A stretch of DNA of 64,000 nucleotides from Octopus vulgaris (Eukaryota): assembly GCA_951406725.2 (NCBI GenBank), contig OX597816.1:111414001-111478000 (forward strand). The letters are read 5' to 3'. The notes beneath the pieces were generated by a model that ran no database searches, was not told the origin of the DNA, and saw only the letters and a list, made by a program, of their open reading frames with translations. Numbering within the stretch: position 1 is the first letter of the stretch; each line of letters begins with the position of its first letter. Of this stretch, positions 23,356 through 37,639 are shown one piece after another. Made by a program: the position numbers and the translations under genes.

Positions 23356-26300
23356 GATACAAGCAATAGAGGAAAATACTGGCAAGACTATTATAAAATA
23401 ACAGGAATAAGAAAAATGTAGACTGTACAAAAGTATCCACAGTTGGATTTTGAGGGATTTTTGTATTCAAACTATGATAGCAGCATTTGTTAAAATCCAC
23501 TATGTGAAAGGAAGCACAGAACTACAATAGGTTGAAAACAACTAATGGAGAAACCAACTCTACTAGATGAATAACTGATACCAAGGAACAAGATAAAAGA
23601 AAACCATAACCATTTTCAACAACATCCTTTTCATCATCATCATCATCATCAATAATTTTGTTATGGAGTAAGGATTATTCTTGTCATTGTGAAGTCTAGT
23701 CTTAATCAAGCAGCTCTGTAGACTCAATTAATCAATCAGATAGTTAGGTGTGGTTCACAAATCTATTTTACCATTAATAAGATTATGTGTATTGAACTTG
23801 CATCATTTGATCACTACTTCTAGTCTAGCTGTAACTAGAGAGAAAGATATGTGTAAGGATTAACAGTTCAACATGATGAAATGACAATTATATATATATA
23901 TATATACATAGGATGCAGAGTGACACCATGAAGTCTCCCTTCTTTGTTCAAGAGGCAAGTGTTACTCAGCTAGAAATTTAAATTCTTGGACCCCCTTCTG
24001 TGGGATAGTAAAGATGATAAAGTGGACAGCCAGTAAATTATTGTATCAGTAGGGCTATACAAATTCATTTTCCAAATCATATAAGTGAATTTTGATCGTG
24101 TTGGTTTTGTTTGAGACCCTGATAAAATGGACCTGTGGGCAAAGATATTCCATCCATGAACAATCGTTTTATAACTATCAAGGCCTATATATCACTTTTT
24201 TCTTCTTTTTGTGAGGTTCAAACCAAACAATATACCAGCTAATGTACATTTTCCTTTTTCAATAAGAGAGATGTGACAGTTATTTCTAGCAGATCGAGCT
24301 ACCACTTAAGAAGCCCTCTTGCTGCCTCATTTTCACCATTTCATACATTGGTGTTACTTTCAAATTAATTGCTTTCCTAGCTGGGAAGTTTTAGTAAAAA
24401 TGATAGAAGAAGCCATAGACTTGCCTTGTGGAAAAGTAGTTACAAAGAAAGAGAGTGAGATTGAATTTTGTTGAGTAGTTTTGTGATGCTGGGATAGATT
24501 GAAAAATGCATGAGAGAAAGAATCAACTATAATTACATGTAGACATAAGGAGGTGGCAGTTATGGAAAGAAGTTGTGTGCTGTTAATCATGACAGAGAAA
24601 GAAGCATCACTTGATATAGTAGGGAAAGTCAGAAAGGTTTCAAGTCAATGTTTGTAATTGTGACAGTGATCAAAAAAAGCTCACTGGGGATATAAAGAAT
24701 TCTGCTGACTGACCTCATCTTATGTGTGTTTGTTTTCTTTTATGCAAAAACATCATTAGGAAAAACGTTATCTTATAACTTATATGGTTATCTTAACATC
24801 CAAACAGTTTTATTTAAAATGTAATTGATGGATATAGTCAGAGTCGACCAGCATGTTTGTTGGAGTAGGCTTCTGGGGAAACAGAATGTATTGACTGTAA
24901 TAAATGACATTGACACATGGACAGACAGATAATGGAGAAGAATTTTTTATTAGCTAAGTTAAGCTTTATAAATAGAAATATGTGGCCATTAGATAATCTG
25001 TGATAAAATCAGCTTTGAAGGAAATATAAATCATTTTGTATAAATATACAGTAACAATGATATGTTGCTATATTATTTTTCCTTCTTAAATACAAGGGCT
25101 TCTATACAAAACTAGTAAAGTACATAAGATTGGTTAGAGGTAGAAAAAAACATAAAGTCAAGCAGAATTGGCAGAGATCGTTTCCAAGCTTTAACAATCA
25201 GTTTCAGTATATGTAACAATGTTATTCACAGTAAGGAGTAGAATAAATATTTATGGGAGAGTTTACTAGAGTCATACATGAAGTTGGAAGAGTATAAATA
25301 ATGCTTTCTTTATTATCCATTAAGGGTTGAGTAAGATATTGGGGACAGAACTGGACAATCCAATGTGAGATTACATGAAAGTATATAAAAAGTAAAATAA
25401 TAGAAACAAAGAAACGAAGAAAATTCAAATAAGAAATAATTCCTCAAAAGGAGGAGGCCTTCCAAAGGTTATTTGTGGAAACCCACCATATCATGGTCAC
25501 TTGGACACTAAGGCATGTATTCTCTCCCAGTTGGCCTCTTTCAATCTATAAGTGCATGCTCAAAGCAGACCCATTCACTATGACATGCTTGCCACTTCCA
25601 TCCATCTTTCAACAAATTTGCTGAGAGGTAGTACATTCCTCTCAATCCTCGCTTTCCCTTTCGAGTGTAACTTCTAAATGGTGCAGAGGACTTGGCCAAA
25701 AAGCAAGGTGTCTGTCCTCAGCCCTTTTAATCTCATGCAACTATATTAATACTGACAACAAGCAGTATAAATACAGTCATATTTGAACTCTATCAAAGTT
25801 TGCTTGAATGCTGGGTCAATAATACAGTAAATAATTGAAAAGAAACTGAATTAATCTTTGACTAAAAACTTATATGATGTTCACTAATTAGTTTTCAGTA
25901 ACAGTAATAAGTAGCTTCATAATTTTTCAACCTTAAAGAGAGTGATGTTTGACTGAAGACTGCAAGTTCAAATAAAAATTTGCTATTAAATGTAATTTAC
26001 TAATTTGAATACGATATCAATAGTAATTTTATAACATACCTGAGGCTGTTACAACTTAGCAGGTTGTCCTATATAATAGCTTTGTGTGAATAAATAATCA
26101 TCTCAGTGCACAGAAAGAGATAAGAGAGAGAGAGAGTTGAAAGAATTAGTGGGTGGTGCAAGAATTGGTAGTACATCACTGTTCATGCCATGAGTGTTCA
26201 GGCTATTTTTATCATGATCATCATTAGAATAATCCTGATTCACACTTTCTTCTTAGATTTTCCTTGTTAGATTATACTTGATGGCTCTGCTCAGTAACCT

Positions 26301-26904
26301 CTATCTCACAGTCTTTTATACTCATTTATAATGTGGAGCACAAAAAAATCCTTTAGGTGAACTGGTGCATTAAATTCTTTCTTGTGTTGTCTACTATAGT
26401 TTTCTTGTTCCCAGTTCATTAAGATTACAAGTGTAATTTTAATTAACATGTTTCCTAGTATGAAGATTGCTTCAACCTTGGAGATACACCCCAATTTTGA
26501 TTGAAGACTGCTAGTTCAACTATAAATTTGGAAACAGATATAAATTTAAAAACAAGCTCTCAGCATTTTCACATACTTTATCAAGATGTTTTGATCATGG
26601 CTTAATGACATCAAGATTCTGATTGGCACTTATAATAGGCATTTTGGCTTTTACTTTTATAAAGTACATACATGATTGGTTTAGAATAGATAACATGACT
26701 CTGGAGTAGAACTAGCTTATTCAAATGGTAATCTTCACCTTCTAGGACACATGCTAAATTTTCTCAATATTCTTTATGAAAACATTGCCAATTTCAGTAA
26801 ACATAGAAATTAGCATTTCTTGAGTCACTATATCCAGTATGTTACTGTTAACTCTGTTTTGCTTTGTATACAGCATGTATCATTTGTGTATTTTTTTCTA
26901 TCTA

Positions 26905-27180
26905 TCCATCCGCTCAGTCGGAGTCGACTCTTGGTTACTCATTGGATCAGTGTCCTCCAGTCAGTTCTATCCTGGGCCGCTTCTTTCAGATTGGCTATGT
27001 CCATTCCGGTATCACTCTTGATGGTATCAAGCCAGCAGGTTCTTGGTTGGCCTCTTCCTCTCTTGCCACTGACCATTCCGAGCATGATGTCCTTCTCCAG
27101 GGATTTTCTCTGCATAATATGACTGAAATATGCCAATCTATGCTTGGTGATCCTAGCTTCTAGCAGCATTTTCGGCCTGA
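26905..27180 (-). mobile_element. RTE (BovB-like) LINE 3' fragment
   Basis: ORF 26939..27169 RLAYFSHIMQR..SLEKDIMLG..GKRGRGQPR..AAQDRTDWR; short tandem tail. Confidence 0.85.
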
Positions 27181-28585
27181 TCTATTTTTTTCTAATCACT
27201 TTATTTAACTATTGTTTATTTATCCTAAGATACATATACAGGGTAGTGAATATTCTTAGAAATATCACCACCAGTGGCCTAGCATGTATAAATAGTCAAT
27301 AGACAACATATTCTCAATATAAAATAGTGTATATTTAAATACAAGAGAAAACTACCCTTTAACAGGTAATTTTTACATGCTAGAAGAAGCAGTAAAAAAC
27401 GACCAAAGTTTTTATTGTTTATTTATCCTATATATTTCATCACTATCTCTTAGTTAGTTGGAGATAACTAAATACAGCTTTAAAAAAAAAACAAACAAAG
27501 CAAAATTAACAGCAAGTTTCATTACATAGATGTGATGTAGTCAAAGCCTTGTGAGTGAATTTGATAGAGAAATTGAACAAAACACCCTTTTATAAAATCA
27601 AAAACAGTGCAGGATTCATAACTATCAGAAACAAATTTTCTTGATCAGAATTGTCAAAGCATAGAATAGATTACCTGCCTTGGTTGCTAGCTGCCAAAAC
27701 ACTGCAGCCTTCAAAAATTCCATGTTTTCCAAAATTCATTGACACTATTCTAGACATATCTTAGCAACCTTTCCTTTATAGCCCTTTTGCTGTTCACTGT
27801 TCTATCTTTACGCATTTATTCTAATGTATTATGTATGTACTTTTGGCTGTCATCGCTTGTTTTCTCCATTTGACCTATTGCTAATTGTTATCCCTTCTTT
27901 TACACTTCCCTGTCTGTTGTTGTGCAACTAAGCACTGAATGCAGTTACTCATTATTTTATAGGCATGTATGTATGTGTGTATGTATGTATGTGTGCATAC
28001 AAGATTTGACCTTTTTGATAACCAAAGAATTAGCTTTGGGTCAGAATCGAGAAGCATACTGACTTATAGAATTAAACACAAGGCATTAAATTTGGAGTGT
28101 AGGTTTATTGAATACAGCAACTCAAGTAGTGATACAATAAACCACAGGAGGATCAGAAGCAAAGTTGTCTATAGCAGGATTTGAACCTAATATGAAAAGG
28201 GCCTAAACTAAATACTGCTCTAATTATTTTGCCAGTCTAACACTAACACTACCGCCACCACCAGCCATATTAAGAATTAAAGCATGAAGTAAAAAGGGTA
28301 TTTTTTGATTTTTTAGCATGGAGGTAATTTCTGGATTAATACTTCTGAGACAATCATTATATAAAGAAGGAGCTTCTACATGGTCAATCAACTTGCTAGA
28401 AACAACAGTCAAATCTTTCTCAAATCAGATACACCACTATTCTAAATAAAGAACGATACATTGTACAATTTAGTCCTTCATAAACAAAATCACTGAATGG
28501 TTACTGCTGGAATCCCGTTGATAAGCTATATGCTCATTCAGGATTGACCTGGTGCTAAACAAGACAGACAATCAGGATCTTATTA

Positions 28586-28820
28586 AGGTGGTGAGCTGGC
28601 AGAATTGTTAGCGTGCCGGGCGAAATGCTTAGCAGTATTTCATCTGCTGTTACGTTCTGAGTTCAAATTCCACCGAGGTCGACTTTACCTTTCATCATTT
28701 CGGGGCCAATAAATTAAGTACCAGTTATGCACTGGGATCGATGTAATCGACTTAAACCCTTTGTCTGTCCTTGTTTGTCCCCTCTATGTATAGCCCCTTA
28801 TGGGCAATAAAGAAATAAGA
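28586..28820 (+). mobile_element. SINE family A, full length, tail A
   Basis: Match to 1781-2010. Confidence 0.9.
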
Positions 28821-29334
28821 TCTGATAAAGAAGTGACTGCTCAGCTTGCTAGAAATTGCAATCAAGCCTACCTCAAATTACACCCTACCATCTCTAAAAA
28901 AGAAAACAGATCCATTGAATAATAATATAGTTAGTTATAAATGCACTATAAGAAGAAGAAAATACATCTTGGTACTCGTGACTGGAATATCTTTGATCAT
29001 AGGCTTTTTCTATCAAGCTTGACATGGAATTAACCTCGATTGAGCAAAGCTATGATGAAAGGCATTCCAACAGCTGTAATTAGCTCTTCTTTTATTCAGA
29101 CATAATGCATCCAGGATTGCCTTATCCAATATGTCATTCTCCTGGCTAATATGGTTTCTCCTGGTAATAATAATGATTTGTAACAGGAGCAAAAGATCAT
29201 ACTGAAATTTTATTTTGGGGTAAGGATTTTCAGTTGTTTAACCCACCTGCCTGAGACTGACTGAACTTATTATTTTAAACTTATCTAAATTAAAACCTTC
29301 TATCTATGTTTCAAACATTATTTTAACTAACCCC

Positions 29335-29535
29335 ACTTCCAAATTTTGGCACAAGGCCAGCAATTTTGGAAGTGGGGTTAGTTGATTACATCAACCCTAG
29401 TGCTCAACTGGTACTTGTTTTATCGAAAGGATCAATGGTAAAGTTAACCCAGATGGAATTTGAACTTGAAAATATAAAAATAGACAAAATGACACTAAGC
29501 ATTTTACCTAGGATTCTAGCAATTCTGCCAGCCCA
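29335..29535 (-). mobile_element. SINE family A, degenerate, tail C
   Basis: ggcacaaggccagcaatttt...catcaaccctagtgctcaactggtac, as at 16920-17000. Confidence 0.7.
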
Positions 29536-29904
29536 TAGTCTATGCTAGTTTAATAATGAAAATATTTTTTTACTAAATTCATCATTATTGTTAAAATTAA
29601 TTGAAACAGAAGCATTGTATTTCAGAAGAAATATGGTAACAAAAGTGTTAGCCCAACCATGGATACTGAAAGGTAGTTATTTTATTGACTCCAGGGTAGG
29701 GGAAAGTCAAAGTGACACTTATGTGGAATGATACCTAATTTTGGTAAAGCACCATCAATTTGAACGATGGTAGAAGCAATTAAACTCGTTACGAAGTCAC
29801 TTTGTAACACTGAGTAAGTGTCTTCTATTATAGTCACAGACCAAAAGGCCAACCAATACCTTGTGAATGAATTTAGAAGATGAAAACTGTATGGAAGCCC
29901 TTTT

Positions 29905-30070
29905 AGGTGCAGGGGGTGGCTGCGAGGTAAGCAGCTTGCTTACCAACCATATGGTTCCTGGTTCAGTCCCACTTTATAGCACCTTGGGCATGTGTCTTCT
30001 ACTATAGCTTCAGGCTGACCAAAGCCTTGTGAGTGGATTCGCTAGATGGAAACTGAAAGAAGCCTGTCAT
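29905..30070 (+). mobile_element. SINE family B 5' half (3' half at ~31180-31400)
   Basis: Head ggtgcagggggtggctg..gaaactgaaagaagcc; tail gcatggctgcagccaaatga near 31360. Confidence 0.8.
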
Positions 30071-30079
30071 ACATATATT

Positions 30080-30425
30080 TCATCTTGGAGAAGAGATGAA
30101 AGTCTGCAGGTGCTGAATCTGGTGAATAGGGCAGGTGCAGAAGTGATACCATGTTATTTTTGGTGAGAAACTCATGAGTAAAGAGAGCTCAGTGACAGGG
30201 TGCATTGTCATCTTGAAGAATCCAATTCTTTGTGCTCTACAAATCCAGGCGCTTTCGCCAAATGTTTTCCTTCAAACACTTCAAAACGCTGCAGCAGAAC
30301 TCTTGATAGACGGTCTGGCACTGGGGGACCAAATACTCAATGCACAATACCACATCACTGGGGGTGATGCTTGTGGCAGGTCTTCAGATCGTTCATCATC
30401 TTCTATGGATGTTCTCCTGCTTTTA
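30080..30425 (-). mobile_element. Mariner transposase remnant
   Basis: Minus strand encodes PYSPDSAP (YSPDLAP motif) and QDDNAP. Confidence 0.65.
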
Positions 30426-30429
30426 AAGT

Positions 30430-31030
30430 TCCAGTGATGGTTTGCATCTGTAGTCTTCAAATTAGCTTTCTCCTTTCTGGTTTTGAGAAGCCTAATTTCT
30501 CAAGATTGGTATTTATGCAATGTGCTACATATCTCAGAGCCACAATAATTAAAGGTATAAACTTGAATTTGTATTCTGGATAGAGTAACTGCAGATTTCT
30601 CAATAGTTCAGCATAGGTATTCTCTTTATCACTGATTTTCAGCTTTGTGTTAACATCTGCTGGGCAGCTAATTTCCACAGCTGTACACAGTTTCTCTTCT
30701 CTATCCCAAATCATATCAAGTCTGTTGTGCTTATATTTTATTGAGATCTTCACTGAGACATTCCACCAGTACTCCTTTTTACTATGAGTGGCTATGACTC
30801 CTACCATACTGTGGGTTCTTATTTCTTTCTCCTCAGGGTTATCATTCCAATGGATTTCATTATAGAGTGTCCTAGCTACAACATTATGTCTCATCAGTAG
30901 ATAATACCATGATGACAGTTTTGCACCACTGCTTAGGATGTGGGTGACATCTTCAGTGTTAACTCCACAAAACCTGAATCGGTTGTCATATTGTACTGCT
31001 TTTACTGCATCTCTATCCCTTTTGTGCATA
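30430..31030 (-). pseudogene. RLE-type (R2/NeSL/R4-group) non-LTR retrotransposon C-terminal fragment
   Basis: ORF 30457..31029: degenerate CCHC, RHN, HNRLD, VEISCP, KxxxY and PLIIVAL restriction-like endonuclease motifs. Confidence 0.8.
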
Positions 31031-31427
31031 TATATGTATTTTTGTGCATATATATGTATTTTTGTGCATATATATGTATGTATGTATGTTTATATGTATG
31101 TATGTATGCATGTATGCATGTATGTATGTATGTATGTATGTATGTATGTATGTATGTATGTATGTATGTATGTATGTATGAGTGTCTTTGAGGTTTGTCC
31201 TGCCATCCTGATCCCTGCCATTACTTAACAACCAGTGTTGGTTTGTTTGTATCCCCCAAAACTAAGTGGTTTGTGAACGAAACCAAAGGGATAAGACTCA
31301 GACATAAAATAAGCACTAGTGTCGATTTGTTTGACTATAACATTCAAGAGAGTGGTCCTAGCATGGCTGCAGCCAAATGATCAAATCAAGTAAAAGAAAA
31401 GCAAATAAGAGATATAAACAGAACCAT

Positions 31428-31463
<36 letters not shown>

Positions 31464-32389
31464 CAAACAAACAAACAAACACAATCAGATCAACACTGGT
31501 TTCTGGGTTCGATGGAAAAGAATAAAATTGTGGTCACATAAACTTTCCCTGATCAACATTAAAATAATGAACTCTGACGGACAGAGAACCATTGCGAAGC
31601 AAAAAGTCACTAATATTAATAGCAATATATAATCAATTGTCCAAAACCACACATAGAATGGGTGTCTTGTGTCTGTAGTAGAAATCAATGTGTATGATAA
31701 CCTAGAATGATACAAATATTATTGAATGTATTATTTCATAGAAAAGATTTTTTTGCTGTTTTCTTTTCTTTTCTCTTCTTTTTTATCTAACCCAAAATAT
31801 TATGTGTATATCTGAATATTTTGTTTCCGAAAAACCAGCTTTTATGTAAAATTGAAGAATTTTATCAATAAAATCTTAAATGAAATGGAATCTTGTATCT
31901 GCAGCCAAACTAATCCAATTTTCAAAGTAACATAACAATAAAGAAATGGAAATACTGATACTTTACAGCATCCCTTGTCAAAACATTAATTCCACCAACA
32001 CTTACCAATATATAAGCATATAATACAAATAACATTATAGACACAGCTCATGTGTTTTCTGAGATACTTTAAACATTATGATCTAGAAAAACAACTCTCA
32101 GACAGACTTATTTATAGCATATAATTAATATTAAATAAGGATAATTAGATTCTATAAACAACTTTCAAAACACGTTCATTGTTTATTCTTTTAGTTACCT
32201 TTATTAACTTTACAAATGTTCACTGAACAACCACATTCATTATCTGTAGATGTATGTGTATGTATGTATGTGTGTATGTTTGTGCGTGTATGTTTATAGA
32301 GACAGGCAGATACAAACGCACACACATATATACATATATGTATGCATATGTATGTTTAAGTATATAAATATATATATATATACATATGC

Positions 32390-32488
<99 letters not shown>

Positions 32489-32639
32489 ACAAAAGTGTGA
32501 CTGTAAGAAGTTTGCGTTATGACCACTTGGTTCTAGGTTCAGTCCCAATTGGTTCTAGGTTCAGCCTTGATAATGGATTTGACAGACAGAAACTGAAAGA
32601 AGTCCATTATATATATGGGTTTCTCTCATATCTGGAAAC

Positions 32640-32930
32640 AAATTGTTGTGAAGTGAGCCATGTGTTGGTTATACCCACTGTCATAGGCCATGGGCTATGG
32701 TCTCACTTGGCTTGTCGGGTCCTCTCAAGCACAGCATATCTCCAAAGATCCCGGTCACTAGCCATTGCCTTGGTAAGGCCCAACGTTCAAAGGTCGTGCT
32801 TCACCACCGCATAGGTTGAATGGCTCCAGTCTGATCTGGCAGTGTTTCTACAGTTGGATGCCCTTCCTAACGCCAACCACTCTGAGAGCATAGTGGGTGC
32901 TTTTTTTTACGTGCCAAAGGCACAGGGGCC
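32640..32930 (-). mobile_element. Rearranged RTE fragments
   Basis: 32700-32810 matches 57712-57815; 32820-32920 matches 57205-57300. Confidence 0.7.
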
Positions 32931-33259
32931 AATCTCCTGCCTAGTACTCATTTCAGATCCCCAGTTTATCTTTTCACTTTTCATTCTTTTCTTTCCTTCT
33001 AACTTCCTTCCCTCTACCCCATCTCTCTATCCTTCTCCTGAGCCTTCTCATGGTAACTTTGGAACACAAGCACCACTATCTTCTTTTTTTTTTGTTAGTT
33101 TTTGTCATGTAGTATCCCACACTTTGAAATACTTGCAATTTGTATTTTTACTGCTTATGTTCGCTCTGCTTGATACATTTCCAAAATTAAACATTTTAAT
33201 ATGCAAAATATACTTCACATTATTACATATACTATGCATTAATGCAAAAAATATTGTGT

Positions 33260-33732
33260 TTGTTGGCTATCTTCAAAATGATCACACCATCAATGGATAA
33301 TTTCAATGCCAACTTCCTAAGGCAGTTATGAAAGGCTATCAAGAACAAACTGATGAATGGAGTTTTGTTTCATTAGGACAATGCTTCAGCACACAAGTCC
33401 TTGGTTTCAATGGTTGCTGTGTGTGACTGGCTTTGAACCGGTTGATCACCCTCCCGATGTTAGTGATTTGGTTCCTTCTGGTTATCATCTATTTCCCAAT
33501 GTAGAAAAACACTCAGCTGAGCAACAGTATCACTATGATGAGAACATCTTATCTGTTGTTGATGACAATTTGATCAACAGAAAAGCTTCTTCACCAGCTC
33601 GATCCAAGCACTGCAACTACTTATGGAAGTGTGTGAACAGTAAAAGGAACTATGTTAGACAATGAACTTCATTTGGTCACATTCCATTGAGAGTGTCTTG
33701 CTCAGATTATGAACATTTTAGCTGAACCTCAT
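33260..33732 (+). mobile_element. Mariner 3' remnant
   Basis: HPPDVSDLVPSGYHLFP motif, WKCV..GNY-like end and TIR-like terminus. Confidence 0.7.
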
Positions 33733-33857
33733 ATTGATAAAAATTATTATTATACTTGCATTTGTTTTAATGTTAACATTGGAAAAATCCATATTTTTCA
33801 TTAAAAAAATTAGGACCTGGGTTTGCACCCCCTTAGCAAATTTTGTTGCTGGGCCAC

Positions 33858-33903
<46 letters not shown>

Positions 33904-34044
33904 TATTAACTTTACAAATGTTCACTGAACAACCATATTCATTATTTGTAGATGTATGTGTATGTGTGTGTGTATGTTTGTGTGTGTATGTTTATAGAGA
34001 CAGACAGACACAAACACACACACATATATACATGTATGTATATG

Positions 34045-34108
<64 letters not shown>

Positions 34109-34157
34109 CATCTTTTACCTTATACCTACTTCAGTCATTAGACAGTAGCCATGCTGG

Positions 34158-34487
34158 GGTACTTTCCAGTATATCCTTGGAATTTTCCAGGATATCCTTG
34201 GAATTTTCCAGGAAGTCTCACCCTCGGAACTTTCGAGGAAGTCCTCGGAATTTTCCAGGAAGTTCTTGGAGTTTCCCATGAAGTCTCATGTACGGCATTT
34301 TCCAGGAAGTTTCATCCTCGGAACTTTCCAGGAACTTATTGGAGTTTTCCAGGAAATCATCGGATTTTTCTGGGAAGTCTCATCATCGGAACTTTCCCGG
34401 AAATCCTTGGAGTTTTTCAGGAAGTATCATCCTTGGAATTTTCCACGAAGTCTCATACTCGGAAGTTTCCAGGAAGTCTCATCCTCG
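34158..34487. repeat. Minisatellite, ~15 units of 21 or 26 bp (GGAATTTTCCAGGAAG + TCCTC or TCTCATCCTC)
   Basis: Units parsed directly from the sequence. Confidence 0.9.
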
Positions 34488-34547
34488 TTCATCCAAGTTC
34501 AATGTTCATTACTTTGTTTACAATTGTTTCACTGATTTCCATTACAG

Positions 34548-34760
34548 GATGAGAGGAGGGTGCAGTGTGAAGTGGTAAGAGAAGGCAGATGGAGAACAGG
34601 AAATGAGGGTAAGAGGAACAGGTTTAGTAACAAGAGATGGGGAGCAGGAGAAGAAGGGAATATGGAAGGATAGGGAGGAAGAGCAGGAGCAAGAGGAGCA
34701 AGAGCAGGAGAAGCAAGAGCAGGAGCAAGAGCAGGAACAGGAGGAGGGGAGGAGAAGCTA
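34548..34760. repeat. Purine-rich low-complexity (GGA/GCA) tract
   Basis: Directly visible. Confidence 0.85.
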
Positions 34761-35876
34761 AAGGATATATCTGAACTGCATACCAAATACTTAAGAAAAT
34801 TAAAATACTTGACACATTATACCTTAAAAATAGAAAGTCATCAGGATTTTCTCTCAGAAATCACTTCCATCAAGAATCTACCATATCTACACCAACAAAA
34901 TTTATTGAATTTATCTCTCTTGTAATACAGCCTGAGGTATTATTTCTATTTTTCTTCATCTATATTTTATCATATGCAAATATCTCCATAGACCATCTCT
35001 CCTATGATTATTATATATTACCATTACATTATTTTTCTCAATTCTCACACAGCTATCTTCATTCCTCTTATTAATATTCTTTACAAATACAGTCTGCTGA
35101 TTAATTCCTAGACATTTTCTGAACCAATTAAAATTCATTCTCACTCTCAGATTAATCCCTAGATCATACTTATTTCTTACAACGTTGCAATTACTTTCCT
35201 TTCAACTCACTTTATACTGCTGATACTGTTTATGAAGTTCTCTGTCTACCTATTAGTTTAGCATGATACATCCTTTCATTACAGTTGAATTTATATGTGA
35301 ATAGAAGAGTGTGTGTGTGAGTTTATATCTGCATATAACAGTTTCAAATGCAAAGACCAGTAAACAGGAAATACTGAACATAAAAGATTTCAAATTACAA
35401 ATACGAGTTAATTTAATGTTTCAGAAGTTGAAATAAATTTTATGTTTGGATTATGATGAAACCAAAGTTTACATACAAATTAAATTTTATCTGTGATCAT
35501 TACATCTGTGTGGCTAAGCCAACAAAGGAAACTCTACTAGTAATGTGACTAGTTTGAAAAACAATCAATTTTCATAAGCAAATGAGAGAAATGTCTATTT
35601 GGTCATTCAACAAACAAGAAATAGTAGCTAAATCTCACTCAAATCTCCTTCAAGCACTTAAGAAAGAACACATCAGATAATGTTGTTCTAGATACTCTAT
35701 TTGAATAAGACAAGGTTTTCAGGGCTTGGCTGTCTGACTAAAGGCATGGTCTGTCAAAGCTAACTTGGTATTAAACAACAACCAAATCTCATGTAAATCC
35801 TCATGTACAACCTTTAAAAAGTTATGAAGTTAATATCTGATGCATTTCTCTTTGAAATAAGAATGAGATGATAGAT

Positions 35877-36718
35877 GCAAGATACATTCCTGAAGTCTTC
35901 GAATTTTTGTAGGAGAGACATTTATTAAATTAAAGGAAGTACAAAATTCTAATCTCCTTCAAAGTAGAATCCTTTGACTTCAATGCACTGGTTTTAGCAC
36001 TGCAGCCACCTCGTGAAGGCCCCATGGAAGCCCTCCAAAGTAGATGTGTCTAGGGCCCTTGTCACAGCCTCCCTCATCTTCTCAATGTCTTCAAAACAAC
36101 TGCCCTTGAGGTTCTGCTCCAGCTTCAGAAACAACCAGAAATCACAGAGAGTAAGGGATAATTCTGATGCCAGTTTCTGTCAAGTAGCTGATTACCAGGA
36201 TGGAATTATAGACTGGTGCATAAAATCTCTTCCTGAGCTCCCTCAGAACCTCCAGAAAATTCTCTTAATCGACTATCTGACCAATGGGAACCAGTGGATG
36301 TAGCCAATATACTTGCTGTTGTAAAAGTGGATCATTATAAACTTCCTGGTTGGCTTGCTTTGTCTGGCCTCTTGTACCAGCAAGAAAGCAGATGCTTAAA
36401 TCCATAAGCAGGCTGGAGCAGTTCATAAGTTTCTGTAGCATTTTTACCCAGTTTAACACAAAATTTTATAGAATATCAAGCTTCCAAAGTGCCTTCACAT
36501 CTCAACTGCATTTTGCAAAGTAGTCAGCTGTGACAACCAGTGTTTTACAGGATATGTTGAAAGTGCTGTTACAGCTGTTTCTTCAATCTGAAATAACAAA
36601 AGTTGGCAGGTCAGCTTATTAGATGTATAGTAATAATATACTAAAATTATAATGATCTAGGACTGATATAACAGCATCTCCTAAATGCATCTCAAAACTT
36701 CTGGAATGCACCTCCATA
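35877..36718 (-). mobile_element. Internally deleted, decayed mariner-like element
   Basis: Degenerate TIRs (cattcctgaagt / acttctggaatg); minus-strand transposase remnants near 35960-36150. Confidence 0.55.
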
Positions 36719-37149
36719 GGTCTCCTGGATCAAAGCTGACCAGGAATCAAATGAGAACATGTTTGTTGTGGGTATGCTATTCACAGTTTTAGGTCTGATC
36801 ACGAAATATATATATTTCAAAGACGATTGAGGATTTTTTTTGAGATGATTTATTCACCATTTCACAAGTAAAATGATACATAGACGTTTTCTCACTAGCA
36901 AACAGCAATAAACTTTCATGGTGTAATTTTTCCTAAAATAGAATTTACAAATCAAACAAAAATATACAAATTACATCTTAAATTACTGGCGTGTTAACGG
37001 TGTTTGGCAGTACATTATAGTAACAAAATTATATCTTTGTAGAAATATATTTCATGTTAACCACCATTTTACAGTTAACTTTGATTTTACACTGTTGTTT
37101 CTGTTGCTTATGGTGGTGATGTTGTTATTATTGTTATTTAATGTCAAGT

Positions 37150-37500
37150 GAGCTCCAATCCAACAGACCTATAACCAAAGAAATTCCTGTCATGACCACC
37201 TCATAATTTTATACATCAGGATTTATAATATTCTCCATTATTATCATTGTCATATTTTGCCTCTGATTTCTCCATGCTGTCATGGGTTGAACATGACTTA
37301 TTGAGGGTGTATTCTTGTTAAGAGCTAAATAAGCTCTAACTCAATATAACTATGACCAAATAATTCCAACCATGACTACCTCATAATTTGCCCAATTTAT
37401 TCGCCATAATTATCATCATGTTTTGCATGTTTCTTCTGTTCTGCCATGTGTTAAACATGAATCATTGAGGTAGTATTCTTATGGTTAGATAGACCTCTAG
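37150..37500. repeat. Old tandem duplication, 2 x ~180 bp
   Basis: catgaccacctcataattt / catgactacctcataattt and aacatga..attgagg..gtattctt recur about 180 bp apart. Confidence 0.75.
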
Positions 37501-37639
37501 ATCACAATACTTAATTGTTCTTCAGGTAAGGTATTTCCATTTCACTGGTCTTTACACATTGAAGCTGAGATATAACCAAGCATCAAAGTTGCTTATACTG
37601 CATTACTGCAAAGATACATGGAAGCAAACTATTGCAAGC

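Noticed and set aside
28360-29150. Old degenerate repeat family (also ~22800, 24100, 35600, 61010)
   Set aside because: Similarity is visible but too decayed to define boundaries or class.
34158-34487. CRISPR-like array
   Set aside because: Linkers are 5-10 nt and similar to one another; eukaryotic context with no cas genes.
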